From: a virus
Lineage: Duplodnaviria > Caudoviricetes
Length of the DNA: 51,249 bases
Reading direction: 5' to 3' (one strand)
IMG/VR virus record: IMGVR_UViG_3300033145_001039
Span: 1 to 51,249 of that record
Shown here: piece by piece, positions 19,621 through 27,841 of the stretch
Position numbering within the stretch: the first letter of the stretch is position 1
Layout of the letters: each line of letters starts with the position of its first letter
Translations under genes and position numbers: made by a program
Notes under the pieces: model-generated
Database searches by the model: none
Told to the model about the DNA's origin: nothing
Seen by the model: only the letters and a program-made list of their open reading frames with translations

Positions 19621-20285
19621 GCCAATTGTCTGTCTTCAAGACGAGAAATTATCTCGGCCATATAAAGAAGTGCCCTTCCATGTCCCTTGCGATCATTTCC
19701 AAAACCGCATAGATCAGCTATTCTTTCAATCTGGCTCATAATGGTTTCTTTCTCGACTTCATCTCTTACGACAAAACTTAAGGTAATGGCACTTGAAGCC
19801 GACCCTTCCTCGGCTTCCGCTGCGACCCGATCCCAGTCAAAGTCAATTAGGTCCCGGACATCATTAAGCTCCTCCATATTCCATGGCACGGTTTCCTCAA
19901 AGTCCTCTAGGCTTATCCCGCCGTCCAAGACAATCTGTAGGGCTTCGGCCTGTTTGATCGGATCTACCTCGAAGTACTCGACAACTTCGTGCGCAATGCG
20001 TATTGCCTCTTCTTGGGAGATTGGTCCATGATCGTAAGCCAGTACCTGTTTGATTCCCAGCTCTTTGAAAGCAATCAGACGATGGTTTCCATCGATCATT
20101 TCATAGCGTCCATCCTCTAATTGACGAACATTACAGTTTTTGATCTGCCCATTGCGGCGGATGTTCTCTGCCAGTTTTCTAGCCTTATCTTCGTCATCTT
20201 GCTTAAAGTTCCAGGGAGCTGGTACTATCTTGTCAATCGAGATCATCTTCAGTTGCGCCGGGAGCTTGGCTTTAGTACTAGACAT
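19617..20285 (-). CDS. ParB/Srx-like N-terminal domain protein
   Basis: IDKIVPAPWNF...LAENIRRNG...YEMIDGNHRL motif. Confidence 0.85.
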   Translation of the reverse strand: MSSTKAKLPAQLKMISIDKIVPAPWNFKQDDEDKARKLAENIRRNGQIKNCNVRQLEDGRYEMIDGNHRLIAFKELGIKQVLAYDHGPISQEEAIRIAHEVVEYFEVDPIKQAEALQIVLDGGISLEDFEETVPWNMEELNDVRDLIDFDWDRVAAEAEEGSASSAITLSFVVRDEVEKETIMSQIERIADLCGFGNDRKGHGRALLYMAEIISRLEDRQLA

Positions 20286-21072
20286 TCCAGTTCACCCCCC
20301 TCTTTTCCCAAAGTCTATTCAAGAACTCTTCCATCTTTAGTAGCTCGCGTACATTGTGGGCATTTCGTTCTAAGTACGCACTACGTTTGATAATACCAGG
20401 CCCGATTCTATTGATTGCTCTTTTGGGGTTTTTCCGTGGAAGAGCAGTCGATATCGTGCCATTCCGAAAACCAAGAACCATGCCAAATCTACCCCCAGCA
20501 TTCCACGTTGTAGCATCGCAGGAGTACGCGGGTACCCACTTAAGAACAGAACAAGAGGAGACTCCAAACAAGTGAATCCTGGTCCCGCGCTCAAAAGCAT
20601 ACTGAATAGGACGTGCGATCCGAGCCAAAAGCCCCTTCCAAGAGTTCTTTTGCTTGCCCACTATTCCACCAATAGCTACATAGTTAAAGTCTCTACAGTA
20701 GTCTTCAAATATTGACCAAGCCCAGCCAGGATGCCATACAGGGACGGGCTTCAGGCCAGCTTTTAGAAGACGATATAGATTAGCATTGGATTCATCAGGA
20801 GAATCAGTATCCAGATTTGCATATGCACTTAGATAAGGCCCTAGCTGGTGCAAGCAGTCTATATAGACCCCAATGTCTATCTGGGTCCCTGACACGCGGG
20901 CACTGTATCCTCCCGAATCCATGAAGATGTCCAATTGAGACGCATCGCGCATAATATTGGCTACTGTCTTGGAATCAGAATAGCAAAAGGAAAAAAGAAG
21001 CCGCGTAACGCCGCATGAACGCAGCAGCTTATAGAATTTACTCGACTCGCCACCCGCAAAGTACAATTTCAT
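20278..21072 (-). CDS. dpdA: TGT-fold transglycosylase, putative DpdA-like 7-deazaguanine DNA insertase
   Basis: MDSGGYS, YANLD, PVPVWH, YVAIGG, IHLFG, SCDATTW motifs; adjacent to the que genes. Confidence 0.75.
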   Translation of the reverse strand: MKLYFAGGESSKFYKLLRSCGVTRLLFSFCYSDSKTVANIMRDASQLDIFMDSGGYSARVSGTQIDIGVYIDCLHQLGPYLSAYANLDTDSPDESNANLYRLLKAGLKPVPVWHPGWAWSIFEDYCRDFNYVAIGGIVGKQKNSWKGLLARIARPIQYAFERGTRIHLFGVSSCSVLKWVPAYSCDATTWNAGGRFGMVLGFRNGTISTALPRKNPKRAINRIGPGIIKRSAYLERNAHNVRELLKMEEFLNRLWEKRGVNWNV

Positions 21073-21992
21073 TGATCACCGTTTCGCGCCACAAATGCAG
21101 CATTGATTCCGCTCTTGTTAAGAGCATTTATAATGTCCTTGGCTGCCACTATAGATATTTCTTCATGGGCTAGCGCATAGCCCCTACAATGGACACGTAC
21201 AGCCTCTCTTATCTTTTTATTAATCAGAGGGTCATTAAGATTCGGCGGGGGAGATAGCCACTTTTCATCCTGGGCAATGCCATTGTTTACAAAGGCAACC
21301 CACCGCCTAAAGCATGCCTGACATGCTCCACAATGGATGCTTTTCCCTTCCTGACACGATAGCGTGTCCAATATGTTTGCTTCGTTGACATTTTTCAGCC
21401 ACCATCTGACTATATCGGTCTTGCTCCATCCCGAAAAAGGAAAGTATACGCGCACAGGATAGGGCCTAGTCCCCAGCACAGCATTCAAAGCTCCCCAGAA
21501 CTGCCAGCTCTTATCACCACCACGGGGCTTGATCTCTCCCTCGGTAGCGGATAGCCAGATCTCCCCACCCTTATCAAGGAGCTCGGAAGCAGCCATTATG
21601 AAAAGCAAGTTACGGCCAGGAATCATATAGCCGTAACGCTCGCGATTATGAGTGAAATCTGAAAAATCCAAGATCAATGGGTCGATCCCCAGCTTTTCAA
21701 GCGCCCTCAATTCAAGATCCTCATAACCGGTCCGAATCTTGCAATATACTGGTATTGCCTCACCCCGGGCTCGTCTCTTCGCCATGAAGTAGGCTGCCGA
21801 GCTATCTAGCCCCCCAGACACAAGAACCACAATATCATGCGCCGGCTGGCCAACTAAAAACTCTACTTCCTGCACCATGTGGGGATGATAGAAAGCTTCT
21901 TGAAGAAGGGTGCCCCAGATTCCAGGAGGCAAAGTTACGGGCTTCCCTTCGGCCACATCCCTCATTAGCTTTAAGATATCTTTAGCGGTCAT
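21069..21992 (-). CDS. queC: 7-cyano-7-deazaguanine synthase
   Basis: SGGLDS PP-loop, IPGRNLLF, K.DIV, SC...HCGACQACFRR. Confidence 0.88.
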   Translation of the reverse strand: MTAKDILKLMRDVAEGKPVTLPPGIWGTLLQEAFYHPHMVQEVEFLVGQPAHDIVVLVSGGLDSSAAYFMAKRRARGEAIPVYCKIRTGYEDLELRALEKLGIDPLILDFSDFTHNRERYGYMIPGRNLLFIMAASELLDKGGEIWLSATEGEIKPRGGDKSWQFWGALNAVLGTRPYPVRVYFPFSGWSKTDIVRWWLKNVNEANILDTLSCQEGKSIHCGACQACFRRWVAFVNNGIAQDEKWLSPPPNLNDPLINKKIREAVRVHCRGYALAHEEISIVAAKDIINALNKSGINAAFVARNGDQ

Positions 21993-22573
21993 TTCATCCC
22001 CATCAGTCGCAAGAACTCCTCACGAGTTGCGGGGTTGTCTTTGAACGCCCCCCTTAGACAAGATGTCACCATCTCGCCTTGAGACTTGGCACCCCGAAAT
22101 CTCATACAGGAATGAACCGCCCTTATAACGACCGCTACGCCATGAGGGGCAAGATTAGGATTGTCAATAGCATCGGCGATTTCTTGGGTAAGCCTTTCCT
22201 GTAGCTGTAGCCTAGCAGCTAACGCATGAACTACCCGTGGGATCTTTGACAATCCCACTACCTTTCCTTCGCTAGGGATATAGGCCACTGACGCAGTTCC
22301 GAAGAAAGGCATCAGATGGTGTTCACATAGAGAGACGAAAGGAATATCCTTGACTACTACCATCTCATCGTATTCGGTACGAAAGATCTTTCCCAGAATC
22401 TCTTTTGGATCTGCGCCGTAGCCCCAGGTCATTTCTTTGAGAGCCTTAACTACCCGGTAAGGAGTCTCGATGAGCCCTTCCCGGGAGACATCCTCGCCCA
22501 GATACTGCAGAAGCCCACTTACGAATTCCTGGGCCTGCTTTGTCGTTATTCCGACCGCCCCTTGATTAGACAC
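21989..22573 (-). CDS. folE: GTP cyclohydrolase I
   Basis: REGLIETPYRV, SLCEHHLMPF, GLSKIPR, LQLQERLT, HSCMRFRG. Confidence 0.96.
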   Translation of the reverse strand: MSNQGAVGITTKQAQEFVSGLLQYLGEDVSREGLIETPYRVVKALKEMTWGYGADPKEILGKIFRTEYDEMVVVKDIPFVSLCEHHLMPFFGTASVAYIPSEGKVVGLSKIPRVVHALAARLQLQERLTQEIADAIDNPNLAPHGVAVVIRAVHSCMRFRGAKSQGEMVTSCLRGAFKDNPATREEFLRLMGMK

Positions 22574-23207
22574 CTCGTGCCTCCTCTCCCCAGATCACTT
22601 TGTGCCACTGAATTTGTATGGCGTAGTTATAGGCAATACACCATTGGGCTAACTCTTTAAAAGGCATCGCTCCCCATACGGGACTAAAGATCGGAAGCGC
22701 CTCAGTGGGGTAGCGCTGTAGAAGTTCGTGAGCATGATCGCATTCCTTTATGGACGAAACCACGAATTTCACATCATCTATTGGCCTCAACTTGACCAGA
22801 TTTTCTAGGCACATCTCATCTTGCATTCCCGAGGCCTCGGTCTTGATGTCCATGACATAGCGTGCACGAAGGGGAACGAGGGCTATACTGCCATTGGTTT
22901 CTATCTCAATGGCTTCTTTCTGAAAGCCCATTCGGTTGAGTTCCATAACCAAAGCCCATAATCCATCCAGTTGGATCATGGGCTCCCCCCCAGTAATACA
23001 GACGCGACTGGCACCGCTTTCGGAAACTCTTTCAACAATCTCCTTTATGGTTAGCTCTTTGCCTCCCCCAAGATCCTGGGCATACTTTGTGTCGCAGTAC
23101 AAGCAGCGAAGATTGCATCCCTGGAAACGCACAAAGAAAGTGGGTCGGCCCGCATAGCGACCCTCTCCTTGAATAGAATAGAACAGTTCATTTATCTTAA
23201 CCTTCAT
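22566..23207 (-). CDS. queE: 7-carboxy-7-deazaguanine synthase (radical SAM)
   Basis: ELFYSIQGEG, GCNLRCLYCDT, ITGGEP, IETNG, QWHK. Confidence 0.95.
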   Translation of the reverse strand: MKVKINELFYSIQGEGRYAGRPTFFVRFQGCNLRCLYCDTKYAQDLGGGKELTIKEIVERVSESGASRVCITGGEPMIQLDGLWALVMELNRMGFQKEAIEIETNGSIALVPLRARYVMDIKTEASGMQDEMCLENLVKLRPIDDVKFVVSSIKECDHAHELLQRYPTEALPIFSPVWGAMPFKELAQWCIAYNYAIQIQWHKVIWGEEARGV

Positions 23208-23541
23208 ATATGACTCCTTGATTGGGCGTCTCCCATAGCTCTATGCGCTCCAAGGCCACAGAATCGGGCAACTTCCATTCAATCTCTCTCCACAGATGGA
23301 AAGCTATTTCTTCGGCCGTGGGATTAGCTATTAAATCATTCAATAGCCTATGGTCAGGGAGGGTACTATTAACAATTGCCTTTATCTCATTGAAGTCCAA
23401 TAGCATGCCGGTTTTCTCGTCGATGTCTCCAGACAGGTAGACTACAAGCTCCCACCTATGCCCATGTAGATTTCCACAGGGACCGTAATAGCCGGGAAGG
23501 TAATGTGCAGCATCAAAACTTGTTCTGTAAACCAGCCCCAC
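23197..23541 (-). CDS. queD: 6-carboxytetrahydropterin synthase
   Basis: FDAAHYL, CGNLHGH, DHRLLN, PTAE, LWET; start may be GTG 23541 or ATG 23565. Confidence 0.95.
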   Translation of the reverse strand: MGLVYRTSFDAAHYLPGYYGPCGNLHGHRWELVVYLSGDIDEKTGMLLDFNEIKAIVNSTLPDHRLLNDLIANPTAEEIAFHLWREIEWKLPDSVALERIELWETPNQGVIYEG

Positions 23542-23580
23542 TCTTCGACCGCCCCGCATAGCCATGATGCCTCCTCTCAC

Positions 23581-23669
23581 AAACAAAGGCCCCCGCCCTT
23601 TCGGACAGGGGCCTGTGTCTCAGGCTATACCTGCTGTCATATTATAGCATTCAAGATGCCCTGGGGCAA
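23581..23669 (-). promoter_or_regulatory. sigma70 promoter (TTGCCC-17-TGcTATAAT) + conserved leader + terminator-like hairpin upstream of queD
   Basis: -35 at 23664-23669, -10 at 23641-23646; hairpin AGGCCCCTGTCC-GAAA-GGGCGGGGGCCT then TTGTTT. Confidence 0.7.
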
Positions 23670-23741
23670 CTGCGCAAGGTCATTCACCCGCATTATTTAA
23701 CAGAAGACCTCTTAGGTTAAAAAAATCCCCTCAAAAAGGAC

Positions 23742-23770
23742 TTGACACATGGACCGAAACATGTTATAAT
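23742..23770 (+). promoter_or_regulatory. Consensus sigma70 promoter TTGACA-17-TGtTATAAT for the plus-strand gene block
   Basis: Perfect -35 and extended -10, A-tract upstream, strong RBS AAGGAGG before 23827. Confidence 0.9.
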
Positions 23771-23826
23771 ACTAGTAGAAAGGGGGAGGAAAGAAAGCCC
23801 CCGAAAAAGAAAAGGAGGAGACAAAG

Positions 23827-24159
23827 ATGAACTTGAATGAAAGGATCGAGGCACTAAAGAAGGCCCAGGAGACTTATTGGAGGTCCGAAGTTGAGGACCG
23901 AGATCTTGAAAGGATGCTCGACAAGCTAATCTTTGTCCTAGAGCAAGCAGCCGACAAAATGCGCTGGATCCGTAACGGCCTAGAAAAGGTAGAGCAAGGC
24001 GGCCCCGTTGGCTGGAACAGCCTGGGAGAGCTCCAGTCTACCGCAACCGAGTTCGAGGTAACGGTAGGTCAGGCAAAGGTTTTGGCGGACCTGCTTGTTC
24101 TCAAGATCAAGCATGGTGTGCCAGAGGATCTGGCGGATAGCATCCGCCAGGGGCTGTAA
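23827..24159 (+). CDS. Hypothetical protein (helical)
   Basis: Strong RBS; first gene after the promoter. Confidence 0.75.
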   Translation: MNLNERIEALKKAQETYWRSEVEDRDLERMLDKLIFVLEQAADKMRWIRNGLEKVEQGGPVGWNSLGELQSTATEFEVTVGQAKVLADLLVLKIKHGVPEDLADSIRQGL

Positions 24160-24171
24160 AGGGGGGCAGAG

Positions 24172-24399
24172 ATGAATCAGGACCTTATCAAAAAGATCTT
24201 GGAAGATGCCCCCGAGCCAGGCTGGTCCGATCCAGACCTGGCAGGATGGAGGCTCCCGAACGGGCTGGTGCTATGCGCCGAGTGTTCGGGACGAATTATG
24301 ATGCGTGGATTTAATCTCCCGAATGCCTCGACCCCACTTTGGCGGGATCGAAAGTTTCCCATTACGAAGTGCGCGGGGTGCGGAAAGGAGGTGGCGTGA
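24172..24399 (+). CDS. Small zinc-binding hypothetical protein
   Basis: CAEC...CAGC; RBS; coupled to the next gene. Confidence 0.7.
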   Translation: MNQDLIKKILEDAPEPGWSDPDLAGWRLPNGLVLCAECSGRIMMRGFNLPNASTPLWRDRKFPITKCAGCGKEVA

Positions 24400-24617
24400 T
24401 GGCAAAGATAAGTGCACGAGGAGATAAGGAACTAGACAGAGCCAAGTTTGTGGATGGTTCGGCCCTGATCCTTACATGCCAGGGCCGGATCTTGTTCAAG
24501 GATCCGGTGGATGGAAGAATACGGCTACTGGCTACCAGGAAACAGGTCCGGGACCCACGTGATGCCTTCAAAAGGCTTGTAGCTTCTCGGACACAGAAGG
24601 TTGATAAGAGGAGATGA
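24399..24617 (+). CDS. Hypothetical protein
   Basis: RBS GGAGGT; TGATG overlap; MAKISARG... Confidence 0.65.
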   Translation: MAKISARGDKELDRAKFVDGSALILTCQGRILFKDPVDGRIRLLATRKQVRDPRDAFKRLVASRTQKVDKRR

Positions 24618-24622
24618 TTATC

Positions 24623-24656
24623 CTACCCCGTCAGGTGAAAGATCCTGGCGGGGTAG
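24623..24656 (+). terminator. Stem-loop between plus-strand genes
   Basis: CTACCCCGTCAGG-TGAAAGAT-CCTGGCGGGGTAG inverted repeat; no clear U-tract. Confidence 0.4.
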
Positions 24657-24712
24657 CCAGAATCGAACCACCCAGCCCCTGAGAGGGTGGTAAAGGGGCA
24701 AGGAGGAGAAAA

Positions 24713-24898
24713 ATGACATATAGGTGGAACAATCCGCATGAGTGGTTGGCGTGGTACGTTCAAAATGTACCCGCCCAGGAATTACCCGCAATCATCATGG
24801 ACCTAGCCCGCCATTTGGATGGAGACGTAATCCAAGATCTATACCAAACCGAGATGGAAAAAAGCGGATATTTCGAAGAGCAAAAGGAGGCAGCATGA
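24713..24898 (+). CDS. Hypothetical protein
   Basis: RBS AAGGAGG. Confidence 0.7.
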   Translation: MTYRWNNPHEWLAWYVQNVPAQELPAIIMDLARHLDGDVIQDLYQTEMEKSGYFEEQKEAA

Positions 24899-25023
24899 GC
24901 GATCGGGATAGGGCTTGGGCAAAAGCATTAGAGGTAGCCCAGGAGATCGGATTCCGCGATCCTGGGCAAGCTCACGAGTGGGCATTTGAGCATCTAGAAG
25001 AGTTTATGGAGGAGGAATCATGA
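24895..25023 (+). CDS. Small hypothetical protein
   Basis: ATGA overlaps on both sides; RBS AAGGAGG; MSDRDRAWAK... Confidence 0.6.
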   Translation: MSDRDRAWAKALEVAQEIGFRDPGQAHEWAFEHLEEFMEEES

Positions 25024-25505
25024 GTGCTTTTGTACCAGACAGAAAAGAGATCTGGTATCTTGTGAAGGCCGCGGAAATGTACCGGCCCCGATTGGGGTTT
25101 CACTACTGGAATGGAAAGCTACATAAAATTGCCGACATCAAAGATGCGCTTCGAATAGCGCAAATGCTGTGGGATGAAGCCCTGCATGCTGTCTGTATCC
25201 GCTATCCTGACGGTGAGATCCCCGGGCCAATTGATGAAGACTTCATCATTAGGGAAGAGGACCACGGCCAATATACCTGGTACCACATTGACCCCGTACA
25301 GGTCCTCAAATCCTGCGCGTACTACGAATATCAAGCATGCGAGGATCCCGAGTATCACAAGTCCGAGGCCAGGGCCTTCATTGAGGCTCTAAGACACCGG
25401 GCAATACAAGCCCTGCCAGGGTATGAAGAAGCTATATGGGGAGCTCCGGAACCGTGGGCCTATATGCCCAAAGGAGGGGTGAAATGGGCTACACGCGAGA
25501 AGTGA
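25020..25505 (+). CDS. Hypothetical phage protein
   Basis: RBS GGAGG; LKSCAYYEYQACE...LPGYEEAIW motif. Confidence 0.75.
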   Translation: MSAFVPDRKEIWYLVKAAEMYRPRLGFHYWNGKLHKIADIKDALRIAQMLWDEALHAVCIRYPDGEIPGPIDEDFIIREEDHGQYTWYHIDPVQVLKSCAYYEYQACEDPEYHKSEARAFIEALRHRAIQALPGYEEAIWGAPEPWAYMPKGGVKWATREK

Positions 25506-25714
25506 AGTATTTCAAGCGGATAGGGCCGTACGCCTACGAACCCCATAGCTGTTCCCGAAGGGACATGAAGAGGGAGATGGAGTTCAGGGCAGAGCACCTG
25601 GGCATCGTGGAAGCGTGGTGTCCAGAGTGCCGGGCTGTGGTGGAGCCAGAGCCAGAGCTGAACGCTACCGGCATAGATCATGTGTGTCCGTGGTGCGGAA
25701 CCAGGTTGTACTAA
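25484..25714 (+). CDS. Small zinc-ribbon protein
   Basis: CPEC...CPWCG; RBS AAGGAGG. Confidence 0.65.
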   Translation: MGYTREVKYFKRIGPYAYEPHSCSRRDMKREMEFRAEHLGIVEAWCPECRAVVEPEPELNATGIDHVCPWCGTRLY

Positions 25715-25717
25715 GGA

Positions 25718-26167
25718 GTGGGGATGAACACATTAGATCTAACAGCAAAACAAGTGGCAGAGATCGCAAACGTTCCAGCCCCGACATTCGGGCACTGGCT
25801 GGTAACCGGGCTAATCCGCCCTATCCGTGCATGGGGACATGGGCGTGGCCGCCGCTATGTGTTCAGCCTAGCGAACGTCGTCGAAGCTATGGTAGTAACA
25901 GACTTGCGGAATCGGCACGTGCCTAAGCACAAGCTATACGCAGTGGTCAGAGAGATAGAGAAACATCGCTCACTCGTGGAAAGTGGCAAGGACATGTTGA
26001 CATTAGTGACCGATACGGTAACGGCAAGGGCCATAAAAGGGGAACAGGAATTGGCGCGATTTGTTCGCAATTTCGATGGAGGCCCGTTGATTTCAGTGCC
26101 TTTGGACACGCTAAGAGAAGAAGCATTGGAGAAGCTTCGTTGGATGTGCGAAAGGAGGGCAGAATGA
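25718..26167 (+). CDS. MerR-like helix-turn-helix DNA-binding protein
   Basis: LTAKQVAEIANV...W...GLIRP...GRGRRYVFS..NV pattern. Confidence 0.75.
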   Translation: MGMNTLDLTAKQVAEIANVPAPTFGHWLVTGLIRPIRAWGHGRGRRYVFSLANVVEAMVVTDLRNRHVPKHKLYAVVREIEKHRSLVESGKDMLTLVTDTVTARAIKGEQELARFVRNFDGGPLISVPLDTLREEALEKLRWMCERRAE

Positions 26168-26382
26168 GGCCATGGACTAGGATGAAAGGAGATCCACGAT
26201 GGATAGAGGCCAAATACGGTGGTCTGTGCTCTCAGTGTGGGGCAGAACTGCACCCTGGGGATCGCATTCTCTATTGGCCACGAACTCGCACTGTGATGTG
26301 CGAAAAGTGCGGCGAATCTGCCTGGCAACGGTTCGTCTCGGAAGCCGCGGATGAAGAATTCATGTCTGGCGGCCTATTCTAG
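26164..26382 (+). CDS. Small zinc-binding protein
   Basis: AKYGGLCSQCG...GDRI...CEKCG. Confidence 0.65.
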   Translation: MRPWTRMKGDPRWIEAKYGGLCSQCGAELHPGDRILYWPRTRTVMCEKCGESAWQRFVSEAADEEFMSGGLF

Positions 26383-26390
26383 GAGGTAGC

Positions 26391-26636
26391 ATGGCAAAAC
26401 TACCAGGAGGATTATATCGGATCTGGAAAACAGGCAGCCAGCGATTCGTTACCATCCCATTGGACAAGGTACGCCTACTTGATATCCCAGACAAAGCCTT
26501 CGCCAAGTGGCATGTTCCCGCAGCCATGCCCAGGGAGCGGCTCAAGCAATTGCTCAAGAAGCGGGGCGTGCTGCTTTTGGAAATCATTGTACCGGACAGG
26601 GATAGCGAGGGAGGAATCCATGAAAGACATGATTGA
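26391..26636 (+). CDS. Hypothetical protein, possibly AbrB-like N-terminus
   Basis: RBS AGGAGG; RIWKTGSQRFVTIP. Confidence 0.6.
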   Translation: MAKLPGGLYRIWKTGSQRFVTIPLDKVRLLDIPDKAFAKWHVPAAMPRERLKQLLKKRGVLLLEIIVPDRDSEGGIHERHD

Positions 26637-26784
26637 GGGAGCACGCACGTTTTTGATTTTGTACCATAAAAAGCCTTTTCGTTGGCTCCAGGCCAACGAT
26701 GAAGAGGTCATAACTGAGCTGGCCAAGATCTGGCAAACGTTTATTGATTACATAGTTGAAAAACTGACAGAATGTAATCAGTAA
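26620..26784 (+). CDS. Small hypothetical protein
   Basis: RBS GGAGG; MKDMIEGA... Confidence 0.55.
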   Translation: MKDMIEGARTFLILYHKKPFRWLQANDEEVITELAKIWQTFIDYIVEKLTECNQ

Positions 26785-27163
26785 TCAATGTTCATTGACA
26801 GCAACGTTTTAGTGGCCCTCCACTATTGTGAAGGGCCACTATTACTAACATGCTAACAACGGCATACTAGCGTGCCTAGTAAGCATGCTAATCAGCATGA
26901 ATAGAATCCATTCTCCCCGTGGATGGATTTCAGCCGCCGGTGTTACGATATATTGGTTTGCTACATGATCCTTACCTGCTAGTGTGACTTATATGCCCCG
27001 AACTAACAGATCGTGCTACTCCACTTGACATCAGAACGCGAAAGGAGCAAAACTTTTGCGCCTTTCGTGCGCCTTTGTCAGGTGGCGTGCTATCCCACAG
27101 ATTCAGCGCAATAACTTGCCAAATTTGGCAAGTAAGTAGAATGCACCCCCTAACTGGCCGTCC
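26785..27163. other. Hairpin-rich non-coding region between convergent gene blocks
   Basis: Stems 26810-26841 and 27021-27085; perfect 20-bp palindrome 27114-27133. Confidence 0.6.
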
Positions 27164-27415
27164 TCATTCTATCAGATCTGATAGAGCTAATGTCTGGCGG
27201 CTGGCCGCACATTTTACAAGCAACTTGTCGAGGTATTCGACAGCCTCATATCGGGCCTCGAAGCCTTCCGTAATAATAGAAGCCCATCCCAGCGGCGGTC
27301 GTACCTCTACATACCAACGCACCTCTTCACGAAGATTAGTGCGACACACCACACGGACACGAACTCCAGTTTCGAGACATACCATCTCGTCCGGGGCAGT
27401 TCTAATCCATGTCAT
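27164..27415 (-). CDS. Hypothetical protein
   Basis: RBS GGAGG; last gene of the minus-strand block. Confidence 0.65.
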   Translation of the reverse strand: MTWIRTAPDEMVCLETGVRVRVVCRTNLREEVRWYVEVRPPLGWASIITEGFEARYEAVEYLDKLLVKCAASRQTLALSDLIE

Positions 27416-27445
27416 CTGCTCTCTCCTCCCCCTTTTTCTCTCTTC

Positions 27446-27841
27446 TCAATTGCCCCACTCCCATTCATCAAGTTCCCGTATCCAGAGCTCTACTCTCGGC
27501 TCCCGCCTATCCCATTTCTTCTCTGAAACTTTTCTCACAATATAACGGTCATCAGATATCACGTCGGCTTTTTCCAGGCAATCTTGAATAAGCTCCAGCG
27601 ATAGATCAGATGTCCACTTGTGCCGCATAAAGACTCGTGCTTGCAACTCCAGTGGATGTTTTTGGGAGCCTAGTCTCTGCCTTGCCCATTGTGGTACTTG
27701 CCGCTCAAAGGTCTCCTCATAGTGAAGGGCTTCGGCGCTCTTTATAATCATCCAACGACCCGTCCTTCGATCACGAACGATTCGCCGAGAGTTGGACTTA
27801 CGCGCCGGCTGCCCATAGATGACCAGGTGAATGCCCTTCAT
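27446..27841 (-). CDS. rusA: RusA-family Holliday junction resolvase
   Basis: GQPARKSNSRR...DL...IQDCLEKADVISDDRYI...PRVEL. Confidence 0.8.
   Translation of the reverse strand: MKGIHLVIYGQPARKSNSRRIVRDRRTGRWMIIKSAEALHYEETFERQVPQWARQRLGSQKHPLELQARVFMRHKWTSDLSLELIQDCLEKADVISDDRYIVRKVSEKKWDRREPRVELWIRELDEWEWGN

Noticed and set aside
19617-20285. ParB as a plasmid partition system
   Set aside because: No ParA and no obvious HTH; translational coupling to the TGT-like gene favours a DNA-modification role
22518-22535. Possible self-target of array unit tgaacgaat/cgcctagga in folE
   Set aside because: Only 13/18 identity, plausible by chance; no exact self-target was seen by eye
22540-22561. ATA start for folE directly after the motif
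   Set aside because: A GTG at 22573 with a good GAGGAGG RBS already explains initiation
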